This document shows, one piece after another, positions 51,811 through 63,734 of a stretch of 64,000 bases of DNA. The notes below the pieces were generated by a model. It was not told where the DNA came from and did not search any database. It was given only the letters and a program-made list of their open reading frames with translations. The DNA lies in NCBI GenBank assembly GCA_951406725.2, contig OX597821.1, positions 44,206,001 through 44,270,000 on the forward strand, read 5' to 3'. Each line of letters begins with the position of its first letter. Position 1 is the stretch's first letter. The translations under genes and the position numbers were made by a program. Source of the stretch: Octopus vulgaris (taxonomy: Eukaryota).

Positions 51811-53330
51811 CCGTAAAAACTCATGTAATTTACGCACTTATTCCGCAAAAACAAAAACAAACTAAATTACATGAGTAGATCGTTTCCAGAATTATTTTAT
51901 AAATTTTTTTGTTGAAAAATGATGTATGAATGCAAACATTCATACCAGAAGTTGACTCAGTTAATGTCAGAATAGGTTTTTACAGAAAAAAGATAATGAA
52001 GTTGACTTCGAATTTATTCTGGACGGTATAATGCTTACTTTTTCTGTATAAGTTTACTAAAACCAATAAATGGTCAACTACTTTTTGAAGTTTGATGTTC
52101 ATGCTGGTAATCGCAGTCTGGGCCATATTTTACATTGCTTAGAGTTTCTAGCTATCGCAATGGAGCCCTGCAATTTCTTTAAATATATCAGGTTTTTTCC
52201 ACTTAAGAAGTCAGTTTGCCTCCAGGAAGCCATTGCTCGCTTTCTCTGCATTAGGACAATGAAATTCTTCAGTGCCGATATCACTGCTACCAGTTCTTAC
52301 TGTGTCTAACATCAACAACAACCTCATAAGTCCTCCTTGTGCATGTAAACTTACTAAGTGAATATGACTTAGCATTCTTACAGAAACCTTCATTTACCTT
52401 ATATGATGTCTAATGTTGTTTTCGCATTCTTGTTGAATTATGCAGCAATTACTTGTAATGTATTACCAGTTCTTTTGGCATAGCAGATTTTTGCTAATCT
52501 TGTTTATCTCTCCTCACAGTCGTGTATATTCTAACAAGTCTCTTCTTAAATTTTGCACCTCTTTTGTTCAATAAACACTGAGTTAAACTTGCAAAGCTGT
52601 TTATTTTCTCCTTTCGACTGTCAATGTTTATTTTAGTGGGTTACCAAACTGTCAGTTTGGTCTCCCGGCTAAAACAGTAATGACAAATTTTTAAGCTTGC
52701 TTGACATTTTATAAATGTGAAAAGGATTAAAATTTCGATACTCCATATCAAAGAATGGACAGAAAATCAGAGCTTGAGACAAGAAGACACTTTCGACCAA
52801 TCAAAATTCTGTTTACATAATCAGTTTGAACAGTCACTTTCTCTGTCGGTTGAGTAAAGTGTCATCCAAGATGATGTTTATTGGTAATTAAACTTATTTT
52901 GCAATACTTGTGCATATTTATCAGCTTTGTTTTTGCTGAAAATATTATCAACAACTTTTCCTGGGATTGTGATTTGAGAAGACATACAAAAGTATGCTAA
53001 AGATTGGACATAATCTCTTGTGGGCATGAAATGTGAAATAAACTTTATTATAAACAACACAAACACTTCATAATTTAATAGCATTCAATGTGATACCTGT
53101 TAAATAGAAATTATTTTTATTTATTGAAAATTTAATAAAATCTAATGATAAGTAAGTGTAATTACGCTAAATACAACTAAATTGAAAACCTTTTTTCCCC
53201 TGACCATATTGGCAGTTCTGAAAACTTTGTGTGCGAATTTTACATGAGTAGAAGCTTTTTTTAACAACATTTATCTTGAAAATCACCTGCGTAAATTACA
53301 CAGGTGAGCAAATTACATGGGTTTTTACGG
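51811..53330 (-). mobile_element. Tc2/pogo-like (Tc1-mariner superfamily) DNA transposon, decayed, 1520 bp
   Basis: TA target duplication; TIRs ccgtaaaaac(t/c)catgtaattt; minus-strand remnant ..EKASNGFLE resembling the CENP-B-type HTH motif ASxGWL. Confidence 0.85.
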
Positions 53331-53580
53331 TATATGTATGTATGTATGTATGTATGTGTGTCTGTATATATCTATCTGGGTGTGAGTATGTATGTTTATG
53401 AGTGTATACTGACATATCTATGTATGATCAAACGTTTCAAACCCAGATAACTACTGGGTGCTTTCTTATGTGACAACAGCACCAGTGAGGTCACCAAGTT
53501 ACTCACATGATGAGCCCTCTCAACTGAATGTGGTTGCAGTATTGAGTGAACTGGCTTCATACCTGATGATGAGATTGAAG

Positions 53581-53810
53581 GGCGGCGAGCTGGCAGAATT
53601 GTTAGCACGCCGGGCGAAATGCTTAGCAGTATTTCGTCTGCCGTTATGTTGAGTTCAAATTCCGCCGGGGTCGACTTTGCCTTTCATCCTTTCGGGGTCG
53701 ATAAATTAAGTACCAGTTACGCACTGGGGTCGATGTAATCGACTTAATACCTATGTCTGTCCTTGTTTGTTCTCTCTGTGTTTAGCCTCTTGTGGGTAAT
53801 AAAGAAATAA
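53581..53810 (+). mobile_element. Young SINE family A flanked by a 42/44-bp imperfect direct repeat
   Basis: CpG-rich near-consensus copy; flanks 53539-53580 and 53811-53854. Confidence 0.95.
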
Positions 53811-54010
53811 GTATTGAGTGAACTGGCTTAATATCTGATGATAAGAGATTGAAGTATGATAGAGTGACAGGAACAGGTATCTTGCTGTAAAGGATCAATA
53901 TGGCTACCCCAGCTGGAAAGACAGAAAAGAGACTGCAATAATGTGGTGTCAGAGCATACCCTGAAGTTGGATGAAAAATATCAGGTAGAATTAAGGATAG
54001 ATGGATTTAT

Positions 54011-54213
54011 ATGAAAATTTCTTGGCTTTAAAGTTATTGTCAAAGGTCTAGTTGGAGACCCAACCTTCTGAGTTCTTTTGCAGGGCTTAGAAAAACTGAA
54101 GGATCACTGCAATAAGTGTGTGAATCTAAGAGGGGAATATATTGAATGAAATCTTAACTGATCCTCCTGTATTTTCTTTTACCCAAAGCCAGGAAATTTT
54201 CAGCAACCCCTCA
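54011..54213 (+). mobile_element. Mariner-derived MITE, copy 2
   Basis: QGLEKLKDHCNKCVNLRGEYIE*; right end cccaaagccaggaaattttcagcaacccctca followed by TA. Confidence 0.82.
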
Positions 54214-54225
54214 TATGTAATTATG

Positions 54226-54281
<56 letters not shown>

Positions 54282-54647
54282 TGCGTGCATGTGTGTGTGT
54301 GTGTGCGTATGTGTGTGTGTGTGTGTACGTGCGTGTGTGTGTGTGTGTGTGTGTGTTTATGTGTGTGTTAAATAAAATAAGATAACAAGGACAAGCATTG
54401 TGATATTTATTGGACATTTATAAAGAGAAAGGTGGTCTTACGGCTGTTTCAGGGAAATAAATGATATTCCATCATCAGAGATGAGTTAAGAGAGCTTCAA
54501 TAGAATGAAGTAGAAGAGTTCATTATATAAGAAGTTATTTTGGAAAGAAAAAGATACAGAAAGAATAAGGGGAAAATACATGTTGGATGTTAAAGTTGCT
54601 GTTCTGTTATCCAAAGAAGGTGCTGTGTCGAATGGGTAATACATAAA

Positions 54648-54862
54648 TGAGGAGGTGCTGAAAATTTCCTGACTTTAAGAGTATCGCAAAAGGCCTGGTT
54701 GGAGGCCCCACCTTTCAAGTTCTTTTACAGGACTTACAAAGACAGAAGGACTGCTACAATAAATGTGTGAATCTGAGAGAAGAAATTGTTGAAAAAATCA
54801 TAATTAACTGGTCCGCCTGTATTTTCTTTTACCCAAAACGAGGAACTATTCAGCACCCCACC
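54648..54862 (+). mobile_element. Mariner-derived MITE, copy 3
   Basis: gaggaggtgctgaaaatttcct ... aggaactattcagcacccc; colinear with copies 1 and 2. Confidence 0.8.
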
Positions 54863-55717
54863 ACCTACTAGATGCATACATGGTTATGCGATTAAGGATT
54901 CACTTCATCACTTCCGATTCATTCCATTCAACTCTTTTGTTAAAGACAGTTAATGTATCAAGTTAATATCATTGAAAATATACTTCTTATTGAAAAAAAA
55001 GAAAAATAGAGGAATTATTACGAAAAGTAAACAGAAATTCAATTATTTATTTGATGGCTACCAGAAGAGAAGCAACAAAAATAGATCTGTATATTTCATT
55101 TTGTCTATATAAATATATATATATAGATATATAGATATAGTAGATAGAGATATCACACATATCCATACTCACACACATGCATATATTTCATCTAAATGGG
55201 TATATATTCAGACAGATTTATTTTATTTTATTTTATTCATGGATTTACTGAGCATTTATAAATATTTAAACATTGTGTTTGCAATGATTGAATTAACTTT
55301 GTTTTAACTTAATATGGAATGACATAATTCAGATTGCCATCCTTCCTTTCACTGGTTCTTTATACATCCCCAGTTGTCCATTTGTGGAGAATTAATTCAT
55401 TTCTGATATATATATATATATACATATAAATATATTTAATGCAGTCAGTAGCAGTAGGTAAGATCATCTCATATGGCTAAAATCTGTTTTTGTGAACTTA
55501 AGCAATTGTTGCATATTACACTAATTCAAGATACCTGTTTTTACCTATCTTATCCATCTCTCACCGTGTGAGGATTTCCAGCTTCTTGTGCAAAGACAGA
55601 AGATAAAGATACCTGAAAGCAGGTGATCAGAAGAATTGTGTCACTGAAATATTACAAGAATTGCTGAAACAGCCCATAGCCACACAAGATCTTAAACTCT
55701 TGACTGTATTATATTAA

Positions 55718-55933
55718 TCTTTCATCATTCAGATTACTTTGTCTAAATGTAATACTTTTTTATTCACATTGTTTTGTATTTAATCATGCATTATCTTGTA
55801 GCTTTGAGATTTCGACAATGTGATTATTTATTTTGAACAACATTGTAGGTTAAGTGTGAGAGACCAGATCTGGCCAGTTTGAAAATAAAGCAAGTAGAAT
55901 ATTTGGGCCAGATGTGGTTTAAGTGCTAAAGGG
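55718..55933. mobile_element. piggyBac-like MITE (TTAA-flanked)
   Basis: TTAA at 55714 and 55934; right end gctaaaggg-TTAA; left end degenerate. Confidence 0.45.
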
Positions 55934-56001
55934 TTAAACATTAGCAGTTCTGTATTGAATGCTTTTGTGTAATATATATGTTAACTCATTTCTTAATTTT
56001 C

Positions 56002-56100
<99 letters not shown>

Positions 56101-56368
56101 AGGATGAAAAGGAACACACGAGTTGATATATATGAAAAAATAAGTCAAAATAGAAAATGCTAAAATAATTTTATAAAGAACATTTCAGTACCAGTTTCAG
56201 TCATTTTGAGACCTTTTCAACTGTAACGATTAAATAATTCAATTTAGAAAAATTAAAAGAAATGTCAAGAGAGACAGAGAAAGGCAGAAACAAGGAAAAT
56301 GCCACTTATATTTGAACACTATACAAATATTCCTTTAAAAAAACTTTTCTTTTAATTTTTCTATCTAT

Positions 56369-56428
<60 letters not shown>

Positions 56429-56461
56429 TTGTCTGTCTGTATGTCTGTCTGTCTATCTATC

Positions 56462-56527
<66 letters not shown>

Positions 56528-56686
56528 CATATATATAGGGAGAGAGAGAGAGGAGGGATTGCATCTGAATTTGTGTATATTTATGTTATGTTTGTACTTA
56601 CATATCCACAGAGCATTGGAGAGATGGTGAAATTTAAAAAAATATTTTTTGTCGATTTTAACCAAAGAAATTCTGTGTATTTACAG

Positions 56687-56795
56687 GTACAAAGTCAGGA
56701 TGATGGCAGTGTTAGAAATATGACTGGTCAGTTGATTCTGCATACTGTATGGTTCCAGCTTACTATTGTAGCTGCGTATATTATAAACCCAGCAA
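56687..56795 (+). CDS. Candidate host-gene exon (109 nt) encoding a hydrophobic signal-peptide/TM-like segment
   Basis: Acceptor ctgtgtatttacag|G and donor GCAA|gtaagt; only one open frame, VQSQDDGSVRNMTGQLILHTVWFQLTIVAAYIINPA; possible start ATG at 56720; ends in phase 1. Confidence 0.55.
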
Positions 56796-57044
56796 GTAAG
56801 TCTCTGTTTCATTTTAGTTTTACACAAGTCACTGTTATCAATGAAATCGGTCTGCACAAAGTTAATTGGGCTAATGTAGTAAATCAGCAGTCGTTGTTGT
56901 TGTTGTTGGTGGTGGTGGTAGTAAAGTGTTTAACAATGAATTTTACAGAATTTATAAATAATCTTTTAAATAATCAAGATGCTATGTGGAGTAGTCTGAT
57001 GTAGTGCAGTATAGAGCATACTTATATATGTAGCATGGTGTAAT

Positions 57045-57512
57045 ATTGGTTTTTCAAACTTCGGCATTATGCCAGCAATTTGGGTAAGGGGGTTAAATCA
57101 GTTATATTAATTACTCCCAGTGCACAACTGGTAATTATTTTGTTGACTTCCAAAAGGATGACAGGCAAAGTCGACCCCAACAGAATTTGAACTCAGAATG
57201 TAAAGATGGTCAAAATGCCACTAAGTATTTTACCTAGCCTGCTAATCATTTTGTCAGCTCACTGCCTTTTTAGAATTTAATACTGGTTTCAAATTTTAGC
57301 ACAAGGCCGGCAGTTTTGGAAGCAGGGTTAAATCAATTATATCACACACTCCCATACCCCCAGTATTCAACTGGTACTTATTTTATTAACCCCCGAAAGG
57401 ATAAAGGCAAAGTTGACCTTGGCCAAATTTGAATTTTGAATGTAAAGACAGACAAAATGCCACAAAACATTTTGCCCACTGTGCTACCCATCCTGTCAGC
57501 TCACCACCTTAG
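57045..57512 (-). mobile_element. Two tandem SINE family A copies
   Basis: Heads ..cagctcactgcctt (~57268) and ..cagctcaccacctt (~57510). Confidence 0.85.
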
Positions 57513-57518
57513 TGTAAT

Positions 57519-57912
57519 CGCTATATATATATATAAAGCTGAAGTTGTCTGTGTAAGGCAGGTTTGGCAGCCTTCAACTAACACTTTCTTCTCCGAGACC
57601 CTGCAGTGCAAGTTGACCAAAATTGAGAGTATGATAGAAAAAGGATTGCTCTTCATTCCATAGAAGAAAAATTCAAATCGGACCATGTTAACACCAAAAA
57701 TTATTTACATCAAAAAGGTGCTTCTTTTCTATGAAAATCCCTATTTTTTACGATCTTTTTACTGCTGTGTTGCCATTTTTCGGTGTATTTCAACCAGAAA
57801 AACGTTCACTTAAAGAGAATAATAAGCTACATAATACAAAATTTTTACTTTCCAAAAATTCTAATTCTAAAGGGTCGAAACAAACCCGAGCAACGCCGGG
57901 CGATACTGCTAG
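57519..57912 (+). mobile_element. Non-autonomous Helitron-type element
   Basis: 5' ctatatatatatataaagctgaag; 3' hairpin cccg-a-gc-aac-gc-cggg (57885-57900), then CTAG (57909-57912) followed by T. Confidence 0.75.
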
Positions 57913-58084
57913 TACAGTATATAATTATGCAGTATAGTGTAGAATAGTGTTGGGGAGCATAACGTAATGCAAGGAAGTGAAATGTAGAGTAAATATGATG
58001 CAATCTAATGCAGTCTAGTGTAGTATGATGCCATGTAATGTAATGTCTCTCTAGCATCAAGCTGGACACAAACTTTACCAAATT

Positions 58085-58300
58085 ACTCTTTTACTCTTTT
58101 GCTTGTTTCAGTTATTTGACTGTGGCCATGCTGGAGTACCACCTTTAGTTGAGCAACTCGACCCCAGGACTTATTCTTTGTAAGCCTAGTACTTAGTCTA
58201 TCAGTCTCTTTGATGAACCGCTAAGTTACGGGGATGTAAACACACCAGCATCGGTTGTCAAGCAATGTTGGGGGAGACAAACACAGACACACATACATAT

Positions 58301-58336
<36 letters not shown>

Positions 58337-58510
58337 ATATCTACGACGTGCTTCTTTCAGTTTCCGTCTACCAAATCCACTCATAAGGCTTTGGTCGGCC
58401 TGAGGCTATAGTAGAAGACACTTGCCCAAGGCGCCACGCAGTGAGACTGAACCTGGAACCATGTGGTTAGTAAGCAAGCTACTTACCACCCAGCTACTCC
58501 TGCACCTGTA
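58085..58510 (-). mobile_element. Full-length SINE family B
   Basis: Reverse-complement match to the 40441 copy. Confidence 0.92.
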
Positions 58511-59320
58511 TTTACTCATAAATACTATTGAGGTTATTGTGGTTGTTGTTGTTTTGTTGTAGATGTCACAGTTTCATAGTTGTTCTTCTTATTATTGTTC
58601 TAAGACAACAGACTGGCAGAATCATTACTTCATTGGAAAAAAAGCTTTATAGGATTTGTTCTGGTTCAATACATTCTGAGTTCAAATCCCACAGAAATCA
58701 ACTTAATCTTTCACCTTTTAGGTAGTGGGGTGGCGAACCAATAAAATACAATACCATTCAGGTACCAGTGTTGCTGGTATCAACTAACCCTCAAAATTGC
58801 TGGTCTTGTGCTTAAATCGGAAACTATTATTATTGTTTTTGTAGATGCTGATGTTGATAACATTTAGATCTAGCACAAAAACCATTTACAGTGGGCCATG
58901 GCCATGTTACAGATCCAGTTATCACAAGCTGAATCAGCCTCATGTTATTTCAGTACATCACTTCAGCCCCTTTTGTTATCCCCCATCAATGATTAGAAGT
59001 TAGAAACTTTATTAGAACAAACTCTCAATGGTAATGACTCTGTGTGTGTGTGTGTATGTGTGTGTGCGTATTTGTGTGTGTGTGTGCGCGCACGTGTGTG
59101 CATGTGTATGAGTAAAAACTGGTATAACTGAAGTGCAACCATGGATTTACAACACAGAATGGTGATGAACTATAACTTCAGACACTGCCACAAGAATATG
59201 CAGAGTTCTTTACTAATCTAAACAATATTGTTAGTCTGGTGTACTAACAGAGAGCCTATAAAGTATTTTGCGGGAATTGATAATCCCTCGCTAATAACTA
59301 GATAGATAGACAGACAGACA

Positions 59321-59362
<42 letters not shown>

Positions 59363-59755
59363 TAGGTAGACAGGCAGATTGACAGCTATTTTTGTGTATG
59401 TCACCAAGCAACATATTACTGGTTATGTCATATAACTGGTCAGAATGTTACCATTGGTTTCACACTAAATATTGTGATTATACAACTCTTCAGATATGCT
59501 GATCAGAAGTGTATAACTTTTTTAGTGTTGAAGGTGCATAGATAATAAGTTCACTTTGTGGTAGCAAGGAGCAGGAATGAAACTTAGGGAAAAAATTGGA
59601 ATGAGCGTTTGGGTATGAAAAACTAAGGCAAAATGAAAAGGAAAAATGAAAGAGCTATTCCACATGGATTGGTATTAACAATGGAAGAAGTGTGTAGGAT
59701 GTGTGTGTATCATACTCAAGTTCAAAAGGGGACATGACTGTCACCTAAACAGATT

Positions 59756-59956
59756 TGTATTTATGAGGGTAGCATCCAACAATTTCACTTTTCATGTTTA
59801 GGGAAGTGACTAGATCTGGGGCATTCATCTATCCATTGATCCATGTAGGTCAACGAATCAATGCATGGATGAATGAATAGATGTATGGATCAGTGGATGG
59901 GTATGTGCTTTCAAAATATAATATACACGTGAATTGCAGGTGCCTGTTGAAGTGCA
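59756..59956 (+). repeat. ~200-bp dispersed duplicate, copy 1
   Basis: About 95% identical to 62641-62846; starts tatgagggtagcatcc (mariner-end-like); internal hairpin. Confidence 0.92.
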
Positions 59957-60306
59957 TATCGATGTATACATATATGTGTATATTATATGACAACTTCATA
60001 CCATCATAACTGTATTCATTATTGTAACTAATTGCTACAGTAAACAGAAATTAATCTTTAGTAGTATGATGTATGATTATGTTGTAACAATAAATAACAA
60101 AGCCAACACCACACTGGTTTATGCTAATTATCAAAGAATGAGTTCAATAGATACAGCATACTGTGTTGGCATCAGAAATCAAAAAGACATGAAGCCTGGA
60201 ATACTGTGTTCAATGTTGCATCCATCCATTGGCTGTAATTAGGTGGAAGTGGTTACAACAATGAACATGAATATTAATAAGTGTGTGTGTGTGTGTGTGT
60301 GTATGA

Positions 60307-60354
<48 letters not shown>

Positions 60355-60359
60355 ATGTA

Positions 60360-60403
<44 letters not shown>

Positions 60404-62126
60404 CATGTATGTGTGTATGTATATAAATAAATATATATACATATACATATATACATATATGTATGTGTATATGTATATCTATATATACAAACACACATAA
60501 GTCTGCTGTGATGATTCTAAAATGCAACACATAAAAATCTAATGGTCTATCATTTTTCTACCCCTTTGAAAACATTTTGCCTAATATAATGATTTTGATA
60601 ATTGCTATGTAATCTTTTAGGCTTAATTGAAACAGCTGTAAGGGATTATGTTTGATTTTTGCAGATGATAAATTTTTATTAAATGCTATATTTCCATTTT
60701 CTCACTTTCTTTTGATGATGATGATTATATATATATATATGTTTGTGTGTGTGTACGTATATATATATATCTACACACATACATATACTACCCTGTGTTT
60801 AGTTCACTTACAACTTAATAATCTCTGTGAAAACAATAACGTGATGGCCATCAAAGAACGTTAATTAATGTTCCTTTGTTATCACAAACAATGATACGGT
60901 CTGTACAATAGATTTGTAATGTAAGTTCTTTCTACTAAAACCCTGTAGATTGTATTCTGCTATGTACAAGCAACCTTATTGTGATGTGATTGTTTGTAAA
61001 GTAAGTCGTGAGTGAAGTGGATTAAAGTTAGTCTACATTGTCTTTTAAAATAACCTAATTAAATTTTAAAGGTGTTAGTCTTAGAAATAGTACATTGCTA
61101 AATTTTTCCATTACTGGTGAACAATCACAAATCTTGTCATAGTTGAGATAAAGAATTTGCTGGACCAATCTAGACCATGGTGCTGGCAGCAATCAATAAC
61201 AAAAGTTAAGTATAAACGCTCTTGATACCAACCTACCTGAAACTGCCTCTGGGTTTGTCATAATTTCTTTTTGTTTCCAAGGGATCTAGGTTAAAACCTT
61301 TCATCAAAATTTCATATGAATTTATGATCCAATCATCACCTTAATAATTACAAAATTATTGTAGTAAATGCTTCGTTATTTTCAAAATTAATTAAAATGA
61401 ATGCAGTGTATTTCAAAGGAAATTTAACAAAAGAGTTGCCACTCTTAGTTTACTTTTTCTTTTTTAGTTGCTTTCTTTTAGTTCCACCATAATTCTAACC
61501 TCTTAGGCAGTATATTCCAGCAGAGAAAACAATAATTCCTAGTGGAGACTGTTAGTCTCAACCACAGAATTTATGATAATGCAAAGACGTTTTAGCCATT
61601 AATTCTTGTTATGAAGTCAGTGAAGGTTCTTGGGTTCATACAATTGACACCTCTCACTTACAATATTTTCTGGGGCCAGTCTTTTACTTTTATTTTTCAT
61701 ATTTCTGGCAGAAGAAAACAACAAGAAAACAAACAAAAGCAAAAAGCTAAAACTAAAAGAGTACCAAAAGAAGAATTAATATGGATTATTGCCAGGAATG
61801 TGGAATAATTAAATCCTAAAACTCAGTTTTTGGCAAAACAATGGCGCTATCAATAATATACAGAGTCTCTGAAGTTGGTGCTGATTTAAGATATTTCATT
61901 ACATCAAAGTTTGGTCTGCCTTGTATTTCTCTCATTAGCAGTTGTGGCAGTTTTAGTTGTTGGTGTTGTTGTTTAGCTTCAGATCAGCCATGATTGGAAC
62001 AGACCAAGGTATTAAAGATATTCCAGCTGTGACCATCTCACCTTTAAGTAAAAATCAAAATGACTACATTACACAATATGTTCTTCCTTTTTAAGACAGT
62101 AGTGCATGATTTATGTGAGATTTGAT

Positions 62127-62164
<38 letters not shown>

Positions 62165-62640
62165 TTTTGTTGCTGTTGTACAAGCAGCAGCAGCAGCAGC
62201 AGAACCAGTTGTAGAAGCTGTGGTAGAAGCAACAGAACTGGCAGCAGTAGCATTAATAGTGGTAGCTATATCAGCAGCGGTGGCGCCTACAGCAGTAGCA
62301 GTAGCAGTAGCAGCTGCAGCAGCAGCAGCAGTAGTAGTAGTAGTTGTTTGTGGACTGAGGCGAGGGGTGGGTGCAGGAAATGGCTCCAAGAGAGGAAAAT
62401 AACAAATTAATTAGTTCCATTAATAAAATTTATGTACAGAATTGTTTGTCTGCCAGGCTAAACACCTAGTGATATTTCATCCGTCTTCACATTCCAAGTT
62501 CAAATCCTGTCATGGTCAACTTTGCCTTTCATCCATTTGGAGTTCATAAAAGAAGTACTGGTTGAACACTGGGGTTGATGTAATCAACTTACCTCCATCC
62601 TCTAAAATTGCTGGCCTTGTGCCAAAATTTGAAACCGATA

Positions 62641-62846
62641 TGTATTTATGAGGGTAGCATCCAAAAATTTCACTTTTCATGTTTAAGGAAGTGACTAGAT
62701 CTGGGGCAATTCATTCATCCGTCCATTGATCCATGTAGGTCAACGAATCAATGCATGGATGAATGAATAGACGTATGAATCAGTGGATGGATATGTGCTT
62801 TCAAAATATAATATACATGTGAATTGCAGGTGCCTGTTGAAGTGCA
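62641..62846 (+). repeat. ~200-bp dispersed duplicate, copy 2
   Basis: See 59756-59956. Confidence 0.92.
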
Positions 62847-62887
62847 ATTCCACCTGTTGCTTTTTTGTTCTCTCATTCCCTCAACTC

Positions 62888-63060
62888 GAGCATGGCTGTG
62901 TGGTTAGGGAGCTTGCTTTCTAGCTACATGGTTTCGGGTTCAGTCCCACTGTGTGGCACTTTGGGTAGGTGTCTTCTGCTATAGCCCCGAGCCGACCGGA
63001 GCTTTGTGATTGAATTCGGCAGGCGGAAGTTACTGCCGTGTGTGTATATGTGCATGTAGG
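62888..63060 (+). mobile_element. SINE family B 5' part
   Basis: gcatggctgtgtggttagggagcttgc...ggtttcgggttcagtcccactgtgtggcac. Confidence 0.8.
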
Positions 63061-63514
63061 TGCTTGTGCCTCTCCGAAAGATAGAGAGGGTTTCAGTCAA
63101 TCCAGGGCTTTTATTTAAACCTAATACTTATTCTATCAGTTTTTTTTTGCTGAACTGCTTAGTTACGGGTACATAAACACACTAACACCAGTTGTCTGGC
63201 ATTGGATGGGGGTCAAACACAAGCACACAAGCATATTACTGTGTTTAGGGAGAGTCATTCCGTTTTAATGCCTTATTAATTAACACACTCATCAGTTCCA
63301 TTTCCACTCGTTTATTCATATTTTCTAAAATTTTCATTGCTTCTGGCAACCTCTTCAATAGTCGTTGACTCTGTCCATTATCAGAGCTGCATTCTTTTTT
63401 TGTGTTTGTTTGTGCACATGTGAGTGCATCAGTCTGCATATGTATGTATGTATGTATGTATATATGTATGTATGCATATACGCACGTGTGTGTGTATGCA
63501 TATATATATATATG

Positions 63515-63696
63515 TGCAGTATTTCGTCTGCCATTACGTTCTGAGTTCAAATTCCGCCAAGGTCGACTTTGCCTTTCATTCTTTCAGGGTCGATAAATTA
63601 AGTACCAGTTATGCACTGGGGTCGATATAATCGACTTAATCCATTTGTCTGTCTTTGTTTGTCCCCTCTGTGTTTATCCCCTTGTGGCCAATAAAG

Positions 63697-63700
<4 letters not shown>
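63515..63700 (+). mobile_element. Young 5'-truncated SINE family A
   Basis: gcagtatttcgtctgccattacgttctgagttcaaattccgcc...aataaagaaata. Confidence 0.9.

Positions 63701-63731
<31 letters not shown>

Positions 63732-63734
<3 letters not shown>

Noticed and set aside
56429-57004. 191-aa ORF as a single-exon gene
   Set aside because: Its N-terminal part is microsatellite; only the splice-flanked 109-nt segment looks coding.
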